DNA of 64,000 nucleotides from Gemmatimonadota bacterium (GCA_020344015.1 CP070812.1:4261489-4325488); one strand, 5' to 3'. Shown: positions 9,009 to 19,165, counted from the first letter of the stretch. Notes: generated from the sequence alone by a model not told the origin. Numbers and translations: made by a program.

Positions 9009-11429
9009 ATGTCGCGTTTCCGTAGGCTCATAGTCGAGGCGCATCGTCGCTCGATCTGGCAGGTGCTGCTCATCTACTTGGGTGCATCGTACGCGGTCCT
9101 CGAAGCGGTCGATCTGTTCACCGAGCGCTTCGGCCTGCCGGCCTGGTTCTTCCCGACCGCCGCGGTGCTCCTGTTGATCGGGCTGCCGATCGTGCTGGCG
9201 ACGGCCCTGGTCGAGAACGCCGAGGGCGCGGCTCGGGAAGCCGGCGGCGAGGGCGGGGGCGAAGACCAACTTGAGTACGCGCCGAGGCGCTCCGGTCGCC
9301 AGGCCAAACGTCGACTGACCTGGCGCAACGCCATCGCCGGCGCGGTGATCGCCTTTGCGGTCTGGGGGGTGGTGGCAGCCGGCTGGATGCTTCTCGGAGG
9401 TGGAAGGCCCGGCGGTGACGGAGCCGGTGAAGCTGGGTTGGACCCTGGTGTCGTCGCCGTCCTCCCCTTCCGCGTTGCCGGTGCCGATCCGGCGATCGTC
9501 TACCTGAGGGAGGGGATGGTCGACCTTCTGGCCGCCAAGCTCACCGGCGAAGGGGGTCCCCGGGCGGTCGATCCGAGAGCGGCCATCAGCGCCTGGAACC
9601 GCGCCGGCGACTCGAGAGACGCCGACCTCACGGAGGCGGCTGCACTCGACCTCGCGCGCTCCCTGGGCGCCGGTCGCGTTCTGCTCGGCGGCCTGGTTGG
9701 AACGGCCGGGCACGTGGTCCTCAACGCGTCGCTCCTCACGGTCGATGCGGAGGATCGCGGCGTCCAGGCGAGCGTCGAAGGCACGACCGACAGCCTGACG
9801 GCGCTGGTAGACGGGCTCACCGCGCAACTTCTGGCACGTGGGGCCGGTGAGTCGCGACAGCGGCTCGCCGCCCTTACCAGCACATCGCTACCTGCGCTAC
9901 GCGCCTATCTCGAGGGCCAGGCGACTTACCGCAGCGGTCGCTTCGTCGATGCGGAACGACTCTTCCGCGAGGCCGTCGACCTCGACCCTACTTTCTCACT
10001 CGCCGCGCTGGGGCTTGTGTCGGCGCGCTACTGGACGGAAAACGGTTTCAGCCGCGAAGCGATCAGCATCGCATGGGCGCATCGGGATCGCCTGAGCGAG
10101 CGTGACCGAGCGCTCCTCGTCGCACTGGCCGGACCCAATTTCCCGCAAGGGTCCCCGTACGGGGAAGTTTTCGCCGCCCTGCAGCGAGCCGTGGATTCCG
10201 CGCCCGACAGACCCGAAGCCTGGTACTGGCTGGGTGAATCGTACTACCACAACGCGCGGCAGCTCGGCTACGCCGACGCACACCGCCACGCGGAGGACGC
10301 TTTTCGCCGGGCCGTCGACCTCGACTCGACATTCTCGGCCCCCGTCGGGCATCTGCTGGACCACGCGCTGATGAGGGGCGACAGCGCGAGAGCGGAGGAA
10401 GTGTTGGCGTACTACCTCACCGTCAATCCGACCGGCGAGTTTCGGGATTACGAGCTCTGGCAAACCGCGCTCACTTTCGGAGACAGCGTCGCCCTCGACT
10501 CGCTGCGACGGAAGTTCCTCGAGATGAACGTCCTGCCCCTGCGCGCCGTCGTGAGGACCAGCATGCTCAAGGGGTACGACCCGGATGACGCCGAGCTAGC
10601 GGCCGCGATCCTGCGCGAGCGGCCGGCGGCGCGGGGCGAACGTGTCACGACACTATGGCTGTTGCACGATTTCGAGTTGAACCGCGGACGGCCCTCCGCC
10701 GCGTTGGCGGTGACGGAGGAAATTGGACGCATCCAGCCCGATGGTCGGCTGCGCCTTCGGCTCCGAGTCTTCGACGCTCTGTATGGAGAAGGCGACGAAG
10801 CCGCCGCCACCCATGCGGTTGATTCGCTTATGCGCGAGGCCTCGGCACCGCTTTCGCCCGACGTGAACCAGCGGGCGTCACAGCTAGCCGACCTATGTGC
10901 GGTCGAGCATTGGCGGCTTTGGAACGGTGACTTTTCGTCGGCGCCCACATCGATTGATAGGCTGCGCAGCTCGAGCTACCCGGCCGACTCGATCTGGACG
11001 GCGAGCGGCGCGAATACCTGTGCGTCCATCCTCGAGGCGGTCCACGCCTCGGCAACGGGCCAACCTGACAGTGAGATCCTGGTGGCCCAGCTCGACTCAC
11101 TCCTCCGACCGATTCCATACGGTGCCATCGTCCCCGAACGCCTCGACCGAACGGGCACGCTGGCCGTCGCCCGGCTCCTGGAATCACAGGGCGATATCGA
11201 GGCTGCCTATCGCGCGCTCCAGCGGCGCGAGTTCTTTCAGACACGCTACCTCGCGAATTACCTGCGCGAGGAAGCCCGGCTGGCCGCGCTCTTGGGTGAG
11301 CGCGAGGCCGCCGTGCGGGCTTACCGCCACTACCTGACCTTGCGGTCCGACCCGGAACCGGCGCTGGCCGTGGAGGTCGAGCGGGTCCGCGCCGAATTGG
11401 GGAGGCTCACCGCCGAGTCGGGACCCTAG
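9009..11429 (+). CDS. membrane-anchored TolB-N-like/TPR repeat protein
   Basis: N-terminal amphipathic motif RRSIWQVLLIYLGASYAVLEAVD is followed by a TM helix. Next comes VVAVLPFRVAGADPAIVYLREGMVDLLAAKL, a TolB-N-like periplasmic module common in kinase/cyclase-associated proteins. About 500 aa of TPR-like helical repeats follow. Confidence 0.7.
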   Translation: MSRFRRLIVEAHRRSIWQVLLIYLGASYAVLEAVDLFTERFGLPAWFFPTAAVLLLIGLPIVLATALVENAEGAAREAGGEGGGEDQLEYAPRRSGRQAKRRLTWRNAIAGAVIAFAVWGVVAAGWMLLGGGRPGGDGAGEAGLDPGVVAVLPFRVAGADPAIVYLREGMVDLLAAKLTGEGGPRAVDPRAAISAWNRAGDSRDADLTEAAALDLARSLGAGRVLLGGLVGTAGHVVLNASLLTVDAEDRGVQASVEGTTDSLTALVDGLTAQLLARGAGESRQRLAALTSTSLPALRAYLEGQATYRSGRFVDAERLFREAVDLDPTFSLAALGLVSARYWTENGFSREAISIAWAHRDRLSERDRALLVALAGPNFPQGSPYGEVFAALQRAVDSAPDRPEAWYWLGESYYHNARQLGYADAHRHAEDAFRRAVDLDSTFSAPVGHLLDHALMRGDSARAEEVLAYYLTVNPTGEFRDYELWQTALTFGDSVALDSLRRKFLEMNVLPLRAVVRTSMLKGYDPDDAELAAAILRERPAARGERVTTLWLLHDFELNRGRPSAALAVTEEIGRIQPDGRLRLRLRVFDALYGEGDEAAATHAVDSLMREASAPLSPDVNQRASQLADLCAVEHWRLWNGDFSSAPTSIDRLRSSSYPADSIWTASGANTCASILEAVHASATGQPDSEILVAQLDSLLRPIPYGAIVPERLDRTGTLAVARLLESQGDIEAAYRALQRREFFQTRYLANYLREEARLAALLGEREAAVRAYRHYLTLRSDPEPALAVEVERVRAELGRLTAESGP

Positions 11430-11446
11430 CTCAGAGAAAGACGTCA

Positions 11447-11791
11447 ATGAAACTGAGTGAATACCAAACCAGAGCCCATCGGACGAGCCTGGAGACCCGC
11501 TACGGCGCGGACGAAGTGATGGGCCGCTTGCTCTACCCGACGCTCAAGCTGGCCGGCGAAGCCGGCGAGTTCGGCGAGAAAGTCGGCAAGCTGCTGCGCG
11601 ACAAAGGCGGGGTGATCGGCCCCGAAGACAGAGATGCGCTGGCCGACGAGCTGGGCGACGTGCTCTGGTACGTGGCCGAGGTCGCCACCGTGCTCGATGT
11701 TGACCTGGACCATGTGGCGACGGACAACCTGGAGAAGCTGAGAAGCCGGGCTGATCGGGGCGTGATTCAGGGCAGCGGCGACGACCGGTAG
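11447..11791 (+). CDS. MazG-like nucleotide pyrophosphohydrolase
   Basis: EVGELAE-type helix GEAGEFGEKVGK...ELGDVLWYVAEVATVLDVDLDHV. Length is 114 aa. Confidence 0.85.
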   Translation: MKLSEYQTRAHRTSLETRYGADEVMGRLLYPTLKLAGEAGEFGEKVGKLLRDKGGVIGPEDRDALADELGDVLWYVAEVATVLDVDLDHVATDNLEKLRSRADRGVIQGSGDDR

Positions 11792-11964
11792 CCACCCCGA
11801 CTGGATCCCGGTCAGGCGAGGTTAGCGCACGCCTGGTCCGTCGGAACGTCCTGGCCCTGTGCCTATCGCATCACGGCGGACCGAACCCTTCTCACCCTCG
11901 GCATGACTGTTCTGGTCTTCCCGGGCAAGCGGGCGAGTCGTCCAATAACGACCGTTATCCGCAC

Positions 11965-13557
11965 CTACGGGCCGTGCCGACCTGTATTACGCAGATCGTG
12001 TCTGTACTTCGGCCATGGGCTGGCGGCGAGGCCTGGAGTGGTCGCGAAAGTCCTCAGAGCGTAAAGATTACCATCATCCGAGCCTATGTAGACGACCGGG
12101 ACCGTTGGATCGAGGGTTGGCGGCGAGGCCACCCACCAACCGGTCAGGTAGGTCCACAGCACCTGCCCGGTGGAACTCACGGCGTAGACGTTGTAATCCA
12201 GTCCGCCTAGGTAAATGGTGCCGTCCGCGCCGACAGCCGGCGAGGCGTTCCAAACCCCCTCCCCAATAGTGACTGTCCACTTCACGTTCCCGTTCGGATC
12301 TGCAGCGTACAGGCATCCCTGGCTCGGGTCGCTACCACCGGGGCACGCGGCATACGAGGGAACGTAAATCGTGCCGTCGGGCCCAAGCGCAGGTGCCGCG
12401 TTCAGCTGAGTCTCGTCCGGATCATCAATCTCCACCCGCCACTGCTCGACGCCGGTTGTGGCATCAAGTGCGTGGAGGTAGGCTTCCCGGCTCGGAACAT
12501 ACAGCGTGCCAACGCCGTCGTGGATTGGCGCTGCTTCCGTAAAATGCAGCGGCCCGACCCGCCACCGCTCGTTCGACAGGTCGGGCGTAAAGGCGTGAAT
12601 GAAGCCGTCCGGGTAATTCGGCCCGGCTGATGTCATGTACACAGTTCCATCGGGGCCGATGGTGGGTGCGGAATAAGCGTTATGGCCAGAGCCAACACTC
12701 GCGCTGTACACAACCGAACCGTCATTCGGGTCAACGGCGTGGACATCACCGTCACCCGTACCGAGGTAGAGCAAACCGTTACCCAACGCGACCCCGTACA
12801 GAATGGGGCCTCTATTCTTCCCCTTGCGTCTCCCGAAGTATAAGTCCCAGATGAGGTCGCCAGCCGCCGCGTCCAGCGCGTAGAGGGTCCGAAGACCTAT
12901 CACGAACACTGCTGACCCGTCCGCCGAGACAGCCGCAGGTTTGTGGACCCGCCCGTCGGTTCTAAACTTCCATTTCAGACAGCCTTCAGTCGTCACAGCG
13001 TAGAAGAACTCGTCCGCAGAGCCGAAGTAGATGGTGCCGTTCGCAAAGGCCGGAGCGCTGAATACTCCGTCTTGAGTCTTGAAGGTCCAGGCCACCCGGC
13101 TGCTCGGGTCCGAAGATACCCCGCACTGGTTCCTCGCCCTGACCTGGAACATCTCGGTCCCCATACCCTTCTTGCCACGAGGCGTACTCACCATCACGTC
13201 GTACCATTCCACCGGGGCGTCTGACTCTATGGTGATGTTCGCAATCAGTTTCCGCGGGTTGGCGTAGCGGGTCGAGTTGGTTTTGATCTTCGGATGTGGC
13301 ACCCATTCGTGACCGAATTCCACCACCGAACCATCAACGAACCCGGAGCCGTACACCTCCACGTCTAGAGTCGTCCCCTGTTCCGCTTCGCTGGGGTCTG
13401 TCGCAGTAACGGTGACGTCCTTGTCCCCCTTGCCAAGGTTGACGCCGGTGATCTCGGGGCGGGTGCCGGCCGGATCGCCGCAGCCCATGGTCCAGGCGAA
13501 AGCAGCTGCCGCGAGTACTACGACCGTGACGAGGTAGGACTGCCGTGACCGTCTCAT
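11965..13557 (-). CDS. PQQ-like beta-propeller lipoprotein with N-terminal Ig-like domain
   Basis: Signal plus lipobox AFAWTMGCGD. There are repeated YA(V/L)D...G..(L/V)W... blades: YALDAAAGDLIWD, HAVDPNDGSVVYS, HALDATTGVEQWR, YAVSSTGQVLWTY. Confidence 0.8.
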   Translation of the reverse strand: MRRSRQSYLVTVVVLAAAAFAWTMGCGDPAGTRPEITGVNLGKGDKDVTVTATDPSEAEQGTTLDVEVYGSGFVDGSVVEFGHEWVPHPKIKTNSTRYANPRKLIANITIESDAPVEWYDVMVSTPRGKKGMGTEMFQVRARNQCGVSSDPSSRVAWTFKTQDGVFSAPAFANGTIYFGSADEFFYAVTTEGCLKWKFRTDGRVHKPAAVSADGSAVFVIGLRTLYALDAAAGDLIWDLYFGRRKGKNRGPILYGVALGNGLLYLGTGDGDVHAVDPNDGSVVYSASVGSGHNAYSAPTIGPDGTVYMTSAGPNYPDGFIHAFTPDLSNERWRVGPLHFTEAAPIHDGVGTLYVPSREAYLHALDATTGVEQWRVEIDDPDETQLNAAPALGPDGTIYVPSYAACPGGSDPSQGCLYAADPNGNVKWTVTIGEGVWNASPAVGADGTIYLGGLDYNVYAVSSTGQVLWTYLTGWWVASPPTLDPTVPVVYIGSDDGNLYALRTFATTPGLAASPWPKYRHDLRNTGRHGP

Positions 13558-13622
13558 CGCCAGACTCCTGTCAGGGTGTGGGCGTGGGGCGTTCTACTTT
13601 GATAGACGGACAATGCTCCCGC

Positions 13623-16526
13623 TTATTGCGGGGCAATTCCCAGTTCTCTTCCGCCGCTCAGGGTGTAGGCCGCCCAATAGTAGGGCGCCTCGTACGTTGA
13701 ATCGGCCATCATGTCTCGCTGCGCCCGCGCCAGCGCCTCGACCGGTGGGGCGTCCTGCAAATGGCGATAAAAGCGCGCGGCGAAGACCCCGGCGCCCGCA
13801 TCGTCCACCGGCCAGAGTGTCGCGATTACATTGCCTGCACCGGCGTATAGAAAAGCCTGCGCCAGCGTCGCAAAATCCTCGCCGCGCCTGTACTCGGTTG
13901 ACCAAGCGACTCCGACTCCGGTCTCGCAGCCAGATAGAAACACGAGCGGGCTGCGAACCTTCAGTCCGAGCAACTCGTGGACCTCCAACCTACCATCGCT
14001 GGGGCGCCCGTCGGTGGCGTCGCCCCTGAGCTCGATTCTCGAGAACATCGGGTTGCGAGAATTCAACACACCGTGCGTGGCTACATGCACTATCGCGCCG
14101 TCCGAGAGGGCCCGGCGTAGCTCTGCTTCCGTCGCGCGATCACCGATGAAGGTCCCGGCTTCGGGCAACGCTTCAGCAAACGCCGCCACCTCCTCCCGTG
14201 TGGCTGGCAAACGTCTAGGAAATGGCGCGAAGCTTCGCCCGGGAGCGCTGCGCACCTGGGGACCGTGGGTATCGCCAGCGCGGAGGATGGGAAGCGCTGC
14301 CGCCGTCGGCAGATGCAGAAGCGAAAAACCCTCCGCCAGGTAACGGCCGCTCGCTTGATCTCGCAGAGCAGCAAATGGCAGGTACGACAACTCCGCGTGA
14401 GGCACAATGATCAGACGATGCACTCCCTCGAGCGCGCCGGCTGTCACCGCCGGTCGAATAAGGTCATTGTAGAGCCGTGCCAAGGCTGCGTTTGCGTCAC
14501 TCCAGCGCCGGCGCCTTGCCAGCAGGTCACGCGCAACGCGAATACGGCTCAACAGCCCGATGGATCCGGAGCTGGCTTCCAGGCTGAGAATACCTTGCTG
14601 GGTGACCACGAACAGAAGTACCCGATCCGGCGTCACCAGGTACTCCAACAGCGCCTCTCCCGGCTCCAGAACGCTGACGATTGAACCGGCGCTCGCCGGG
14701 GCACTGCCGAGCAACGTCGCCCCTCCGATGTCGCGAACCAGGGCCCGGCTGCGCAGCGATTCGTATTCGGAGCGAGCCGCCGCGAGAGCGCTTGTCAGTT
14801 CCTCCTCCGACGCCACGAAGTCCGCACCACGTTCACCCGACGGGACCTCCTCGACTTCACCCAGTCGCGTGAGGAGCTCATCGATTCTGCGCAAGACCTC
14901 CTCCGCCTCGGCAAGCTCGGCGGCTGACCCTGTCGAGCCAAGCTCATGCCGCGCCGCCGTCAGGTGCTCTAGCAGCGCACGCCCCCGTCCGGCATCCGCC
15001 ACCTGAAAGGCCTCCTCGATCTCACCGCGACGAAGGTGCACCAACACGAGATCCGAGTAGACGCTCGCTTTGTCGGAGAGGTAAGACGTTCGGAGATACC
15101 CGGTCGAGAACCTCGCGCGGGCTCGCTCAACAGCCGCCACTGCTCTCTGGCCCTCAACCACCGCAGAATCGAGCACACCCAGACGCGAGTACGCACGCGC
15201 CGCCAGAGCGTGCGCCTGCCACTCGGTGCCGTAGCCGCCGCGGGTGAGATCGTCTTGAACGGTCTCCAATACTCGAAGCACTTCCGCGCCGTCACGGTCC
15301 TGATCGGCGAGACGCGCTCGCGTGAGTGCGATCTCCACCCGAGCACTACGGACCCCTAGTCCTCGCGAGAGGCTGTCTGCTACACTGAGATGCCTTTGTG
15401 CTTCCTCGTGAGCGCCCCTCTCATGCGCCATCTCGGCGGACACCGCCAGGTCGAACAACTCCTCCAAAGGCGCGCCCGTCTCTTGGTGAATGCGCAGCGC
15501 TTCATCTACATAGCGTCCCGCCAGGCCAAGATCGCCTAGCAGTGCGTGGATCTCGGCTGCGCTCCTGAGGTTGACCCCGATCTCGATCTGTAGCCCCAGT
15601 TCTTCGTTGATCTCGTTCGCATCGCGGTACAGTTCAAGGGCGCGCCGATAGTCGCCCGCCTTCAGGTAGAACTCGGCCATGATCTCCAGGTTGCTCGCCT
15701 CTTCTTGACGCAGGCCTTGCCGGCGAGTTAGGGCTAGTGCGCTGTCCAGCGCCGCGAACGCGAGACTCGGCTCACCCAACGCGTCATAAGCGGTCGCCAG
15801 TTGGCCCAGTGCATTCTGCTCACCTGTTGCATAGTCGATCGATTCGTAAAGGCGACGCGCTTCCCGCAGCGACTCGACCGCCGCGACCGGATTGCCGACC
15901 TTGATATCGAGCATCGCCAGGTTGTTGAGAGCATTACCTTCGATGCGCGCATCGCCGAGGGCCCGGCCGGCCTCCCTCATACCGTTGAAGCCGCGGCGCG
16001 CCTCCGTGAACCGACCCAAGTCGGTAAGCACCAATGCTAGGTTCCCCTCGGCAGCAACAAGCCGTCTTTGGTCTCCCACCCCCCGAGCCGCCGCAGCTGC
16101 CAGGCGGAAGAGATCGGTGGCATCGGACAGCCTTGATTCGTTCCAGGCGAGCAGGCCCAATGCGTTGTACGACCTCGAGAGTTTGTCTTCGAGCCCGAGG
16201 TGCAACTTAAGCCGCAGAGCTTCTTCGCCCAGTCGGCGCGCCGCTTTGTAGTCGCCGGTTCTCCAAGCCGCCAGCCCAAGCCAGGTCAACACCTCCGACT
16301 CTGCCAGCGAGTCGGACTGCGATCGCGCCATCTCCAGCGCGAGCCGGAACGACGCCTGCGCCTCATCGAACTCGCCGGCCCAGTACGCTTTTTCAGCAGA
16401 TGACATTAGCGAATCGAGGGGCGACGCCCAGACCTCAACGGTCCGCGCCTCCAAATAGACTCCGGTCTCTCTTTGGGACGCCTCATCGTCGCCGAAACAG
16501 GCGGACTGAACAAGCGCCGCGCACAA
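13623..16526 (-). CDS. TPR-repeat CHAT-domain protein (caspase-like His/Cys protease fold)
   Basis: The N-terminal ~600 aa carry many TPR-like repeats. The C-terminal CHAT has catalytic dyad motifs IVHVATHGV and LVFLSGCETG. Start is 8 nt after the anti-sigma stop. No clear signal peptide. Confidence 0.85.
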   Translation of the reverse strand: MCAALVQSACFGDDEASQRETGVYLEARTVEVWASPLDSLMSSAEKAYWAGEFDEAQASFRLALEMARSQSDSLAESEVLTWLGLAAWRTGDYKAARRLGEEALRLKLHLGLEDKLSRSYNALGLLAWNESRLSDATDLFRLAAAAARGVGDQRRLVAAEGNLALVLTDLGRFTEARRGFNGMREAGRALGDARIEGNALNNLAMLDIKVGNPVAAVESLREARRLYESIDYATGEQNALGQLATAYDALGEPSLAFAALDSALALTRRQGLRQEEASNLEIMAEFYLKAGDYRRALELYRDANEINEELGLQIEIGVNLRSAAEIHALLGDLGLAGRYVDEALRIHQETGAPLEELFDLAVSAEMAHERGAHEEAQRHLSVADSLSRGLGVRSARVEIALTRARLADQDRDGAEVLRVLETVQDDLTRGGYGTEWQAHALAARAYSRLGVLDSAVVEGQRAVAAVERARARFSTGYLRTSYLSDKASVYSDLVLVHLRRGEIEEAFQVADAGRGRALLEHLTAARHELGSTGSAAELAEAEEVLRRIDELLTRLGEVEEVPSGERGADFVASEEELTSALAAARSEYESLRSRALVRDIGGATLLGSAPASAGSIVSVLEPGEALLEYLVTPDRVLLFVVTQQGILSLEASSGSIGLLSRIRVARDLLARRRRWSDANAALARLYNDLIRPAVTAGALEGVHRLIIVPHAELSYLPFAALRDQASGRYLAEGFSLLHLPTAAALPILRAGDTHGPQVRSAPGRSFAPFPRRLPATREEVAAFAEALPEAGTFIGDRATEAELRRALSDGAIVHVATHGVLNSRNPMFSRIELRGDATDGRPSDGRLEVHELLGLKVRSPLVFLSGCETGVGVAWSTEYRRGEDFATLAQAFLYAGAGNVIATLWPVDDAGAGVFAARFYRHLQDAPPVEALARAQRDMMADSTYEAPYYWAAYTLSGGRELGIAPQ

Positions 16527-16534
16527 GGCAGCGA

Positions 16535-17155
16535 CTAGTGCCCTGCGCCGTCGTTCTGACGCAACGTCGAGAATTGCTTGACTCCCGTAGTGGTGGATTG
16601 ACCGTCAGCTAACAGCGCGTCGACGTACCAGAAGTAGATACGATCGGGTAGCAGAGTTTCCGGCGTTGGAACAGCCACAGTCGTATCCGACGTCGTAGTG
16701 CTCCATACCACCTGACCATCTGCTTCGGTCAGGGTCAACCGGTAAGAGGCATCGGGCGCTGCTGAGCGCCACACAAACACGACCTCATCGCCCAGCAGAG
16801 CGGTGCCGTCGACGGGAGCAACGACCTGGAATCTCGGAGTTGTGGCCAGCTGCGCTTCAGTGTCGGTACCTCTCAGGACCGGCCTCGAATCCGGTCCGGA
16901 TATCTTAGGTCCGAGGAAAAGGATGGCAGCGATAGCCGCCGCAGCCGTCACTGGACCTGCCACGTACCACGGACTGAAACGCTTCAGCTCCTTTAGATCC
17001 CGAGACACCTCGATGACTTCGCGTCGGCACTCATCGCATGTGGCCAGATGAGCTTCGACTCGGGCTGTCTCCTCGTTGCTGATAGCGCCCTCCAGATAAC
17101 CGGCGACGATATCGCTGCTCAGGTGTTCGGCCAAAGACCCATCCTCTGTCATCAC
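16535..17155 (-). CDS. zinc-finger anti-sigma factor with TM helix and ~120-aa extracytoplasmic domain
   Basis: HLATCDECRREV is the ZAS H-x3-C-x2-C motif. TM segment is WYVAGPVTAAAAIAAILFLG. The gene is immediately downstream of the ECF sigma gene. Confidence 0.7.
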   Translation of the reverse strand: MMTEDGSLAEHLSSDIVAGYLEGAISNEETARVEAHLATCDECRREVIEVSRDLKELKRFSPWYVAGPVTAAAAIAAILFLGPKISGPDSRPVLRGTDTEAQLATTPRFQVVAPVDGTALLGDEVVFVWRSAAPDASYRLTLTEADGQVVWSTTTSDTTVAVPTPETLLPDRIYFWYVDALLADGQSTTTGVKQFSTLRQNDGAGH

Positions 17156-17258
17156 AGTCTCAGCGCTACCATGAACAACGTGCCTCCATTCTTATTGGAC
17201 GGACAACCACACCTCGTCTTGCAGCGGTCCGTTTCCTACGTCCGGCACACAGGCAGAA

Positions 17259-17921
17259 TCAAGGCGATGCATCCTCGACGCCTCGCTGCATTAGGTCCTG
17301 CCGGAGCGACCTGCAGATCAAGTCAAGACGACGATAGACACTAAAGACGGACGGAAATCGCATTAATCTGGCGATCTCACGAACCGAGATTTCGTCGTGG
17401 AATCTCAACTTCAAGAGAAGCTGATCCCGATGATCGAGGCGCCCGATCGCCGACTGTAAAGCGTCTCGGAGCTCAGCTTCACGTAACTCGACCTCCGGAT
17501 TGCCGCGGGAGGGATCGGGGACAGCAGACAGGTCAATCTCCACGGCCACCAGATCAGCCAAGCGTCTTCGGGTCGCCCGCGCTTCAAGGGCGGCACGACC
17601 TGACTGTGCCCTATTGCGGCCGTATACGCGCCGCCCGTAGTCCAGGCAGAGGCGCCGGGCTACAACTGCCAGCCAAGTAGAAAACTTGCCGCGTCCCGCG
17701 GTGGCATAGGCGCGCAATCGCCTAAAATCGTCCCGGCGAAGCTCCTCCAGCATGTACGCGTAGCGGTCCATGGCGCTGTCGTAGTCCCGGCTGTAGGCGT
17801 GCGCCGCATGCAGGAGCAGGCGGTTGTATTTGGCGGTGAACGCCGCCCAGTTCGTTTCAACAGAGGGAGGGTCGGACGAATCGAGCAGGCGGGATAACTC
17901 GGGAGGAAGCGATGTTGCCAT
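17259..17921 (-). CDS. ECF-type sigma-70 family RNA polymerase sigma factor
   Basis: Region 2 is KFSTWLAVVARRLCLDY. Region 4 HTH is LLLKLRFHDEISVREIARLM. Start taken at MATSLPPELS (aa 43 of the track ORF, which begins with TTG). Confidence 0.8.
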   Translation of the reverse strand: MATSLPPELSRLLDSSDPPSVETNWAAFTAKYNRLLLHAAHAYSRDYDSAMDRYAYMLEELRRDDFRRLRAYATAGRGKFSTWLAVVARRLCLDYGRRVYGRNRAQSGRAALEARATRRRLADLVAVEIDLSAVPDPSRGNPEVELREAELRDALQSAIGRLDHRDQLLLKLRFHDEISVREIARLMRFPSVFSVYRRLDLICRSLRQDLMQRGVEDASP

Positions 17922-18181
17922 CCGTGCCTCAGCGTCGTGACCGACGTGCTTGAAGTTCGGACGCAGCCCAGCAGTATCGCACGAGTCCAACCTAGAGTTT
18001 AACACTACTGCTCCCCACAGGACTTGGCCAGACTGCGTGGCTAGCAACTAGTGGCGCTGACGATACCGGCTGCTCCTTGGGCACGATGGTTGCGCCTGCT
18101 TCGATCGTTGCTCACTCTATGTCGTTGGGACATCAAGACTACATAGTGGTTCGGTCAAGATTCCAGGAGTAGAGCTCGGTC

Positions 18182-19165
18182 ATGCACACACCGGCCTCGT
18201 ATTCTCGACGGGAGTTCCTCGGAAGGTCCCTCTCCTGTGTCTGCCATCTCGCTCTGATGGCCCTGCCCTTCAATCCGTCTGTACGTCGGCTCTGGTCCTC
18301 CCGGGCACGCGGCCAGGTCGTCGCAGAGGAACCGTTCGCCCGACTGGAGGAGATCGGCGAAGGCCTGTTCGCCCTGATATCGACCCCGCTGGGCGGCGAC
18401 TACACCACGGTCTCCAACGGCGGGATCATCGCCGGTAGCGACGGCGTCCTGGCGGTCGAGGGCTTCATGAGCCCCGATGGCGCGCTCTGGCTAGCAGAAA
18501 AGACCAGGGAGCTCACGGGGCGCTGGCCCACCCACGCCGTCATCACACACTACCATTCGGACCACAGCAGGGGCGTTGACGGCTACCTCACCGAGGCCGA
18601 CGGACCTGACGTTCGGGCCACTGCTGTGACGAGCGAGCTCGTGCTCACGCGACGCAGAGAGCCGGCCGATGACAAAACCCAGAGGGTGTGGGCCGACGTC
18701 ACTCTACTGGACGAGAACGAGGCGAGTCTCATCGACCTCGGTGGACGGACGGTTCGAGTCGTGCCACGCAAAGGGCACACGCCCAGCGACGTCACGATCG
18801 AGCTGGCCGAAGAGAGCATCGTGTGGTGCGGCGACCTCGTTTGGAATGGGATGTTCCCAAACTACGTCGATGCCATACCCTCTCAATTGTCCGAGGCGGT
18901 CCGGGCTATCGGGCGCGGCGCCTGGTCGGCGTACGTCCCCGGCCACGGCCCGCTGGCCGATGCGGCGGAGCTGGAGAAGTACGTGGCGGTGCTGGACGAC
19001 ATCGAGGCCGCGGCGCGCCGTGCCTTCGAGCGGGGGGCCAGCGCGGAGGACGCGGGCGCCGCTTACGAGATCCCGGCCGAGCTCGGCGAGTGGACCCTCT
19101 TCAATCCGCAGTACTTCGAGCGCGCCATCGGGGCCTGGATGCGTGAACTGCGCGCGTCCGGATGA
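18182..19165 (+). CDS. MBL-fold metallo-hydrolase, Tat-exported
   Basis: Twin-arginine motif SRREFLGRS. HxHxDH motif ITHYHSDHSRG, with later His/Asp ligands. Confidence 0.85.
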   Translation: MHTPASYSRREFLGRSLSCVCHLALMALPFNPSVRRLWSSRARGQVVAEEPFARLEEIGEGLFALISTPLGGDYTTVSNGGIIAGSDGVLAVEGFMSPDGALWLAEKTRELTGRWPTHAVITHYHSDHSRGVDGYLTEADGPDVRATAVTSELVLTRRREPADDKTQRVWADVTLLDENEASLIDLGGRTVRVVPRKGHTPSDVTIELAEESIVWCGDLVWNGMFPNYVDAIPSQLSEAVRAIGRGAWSAYVPGHGPLADAAELEKYVAVLDDIEAAARRAFERGASAEDAGAAYEIPAELGEWTLFNPQYFERAIGAWMRELRASG

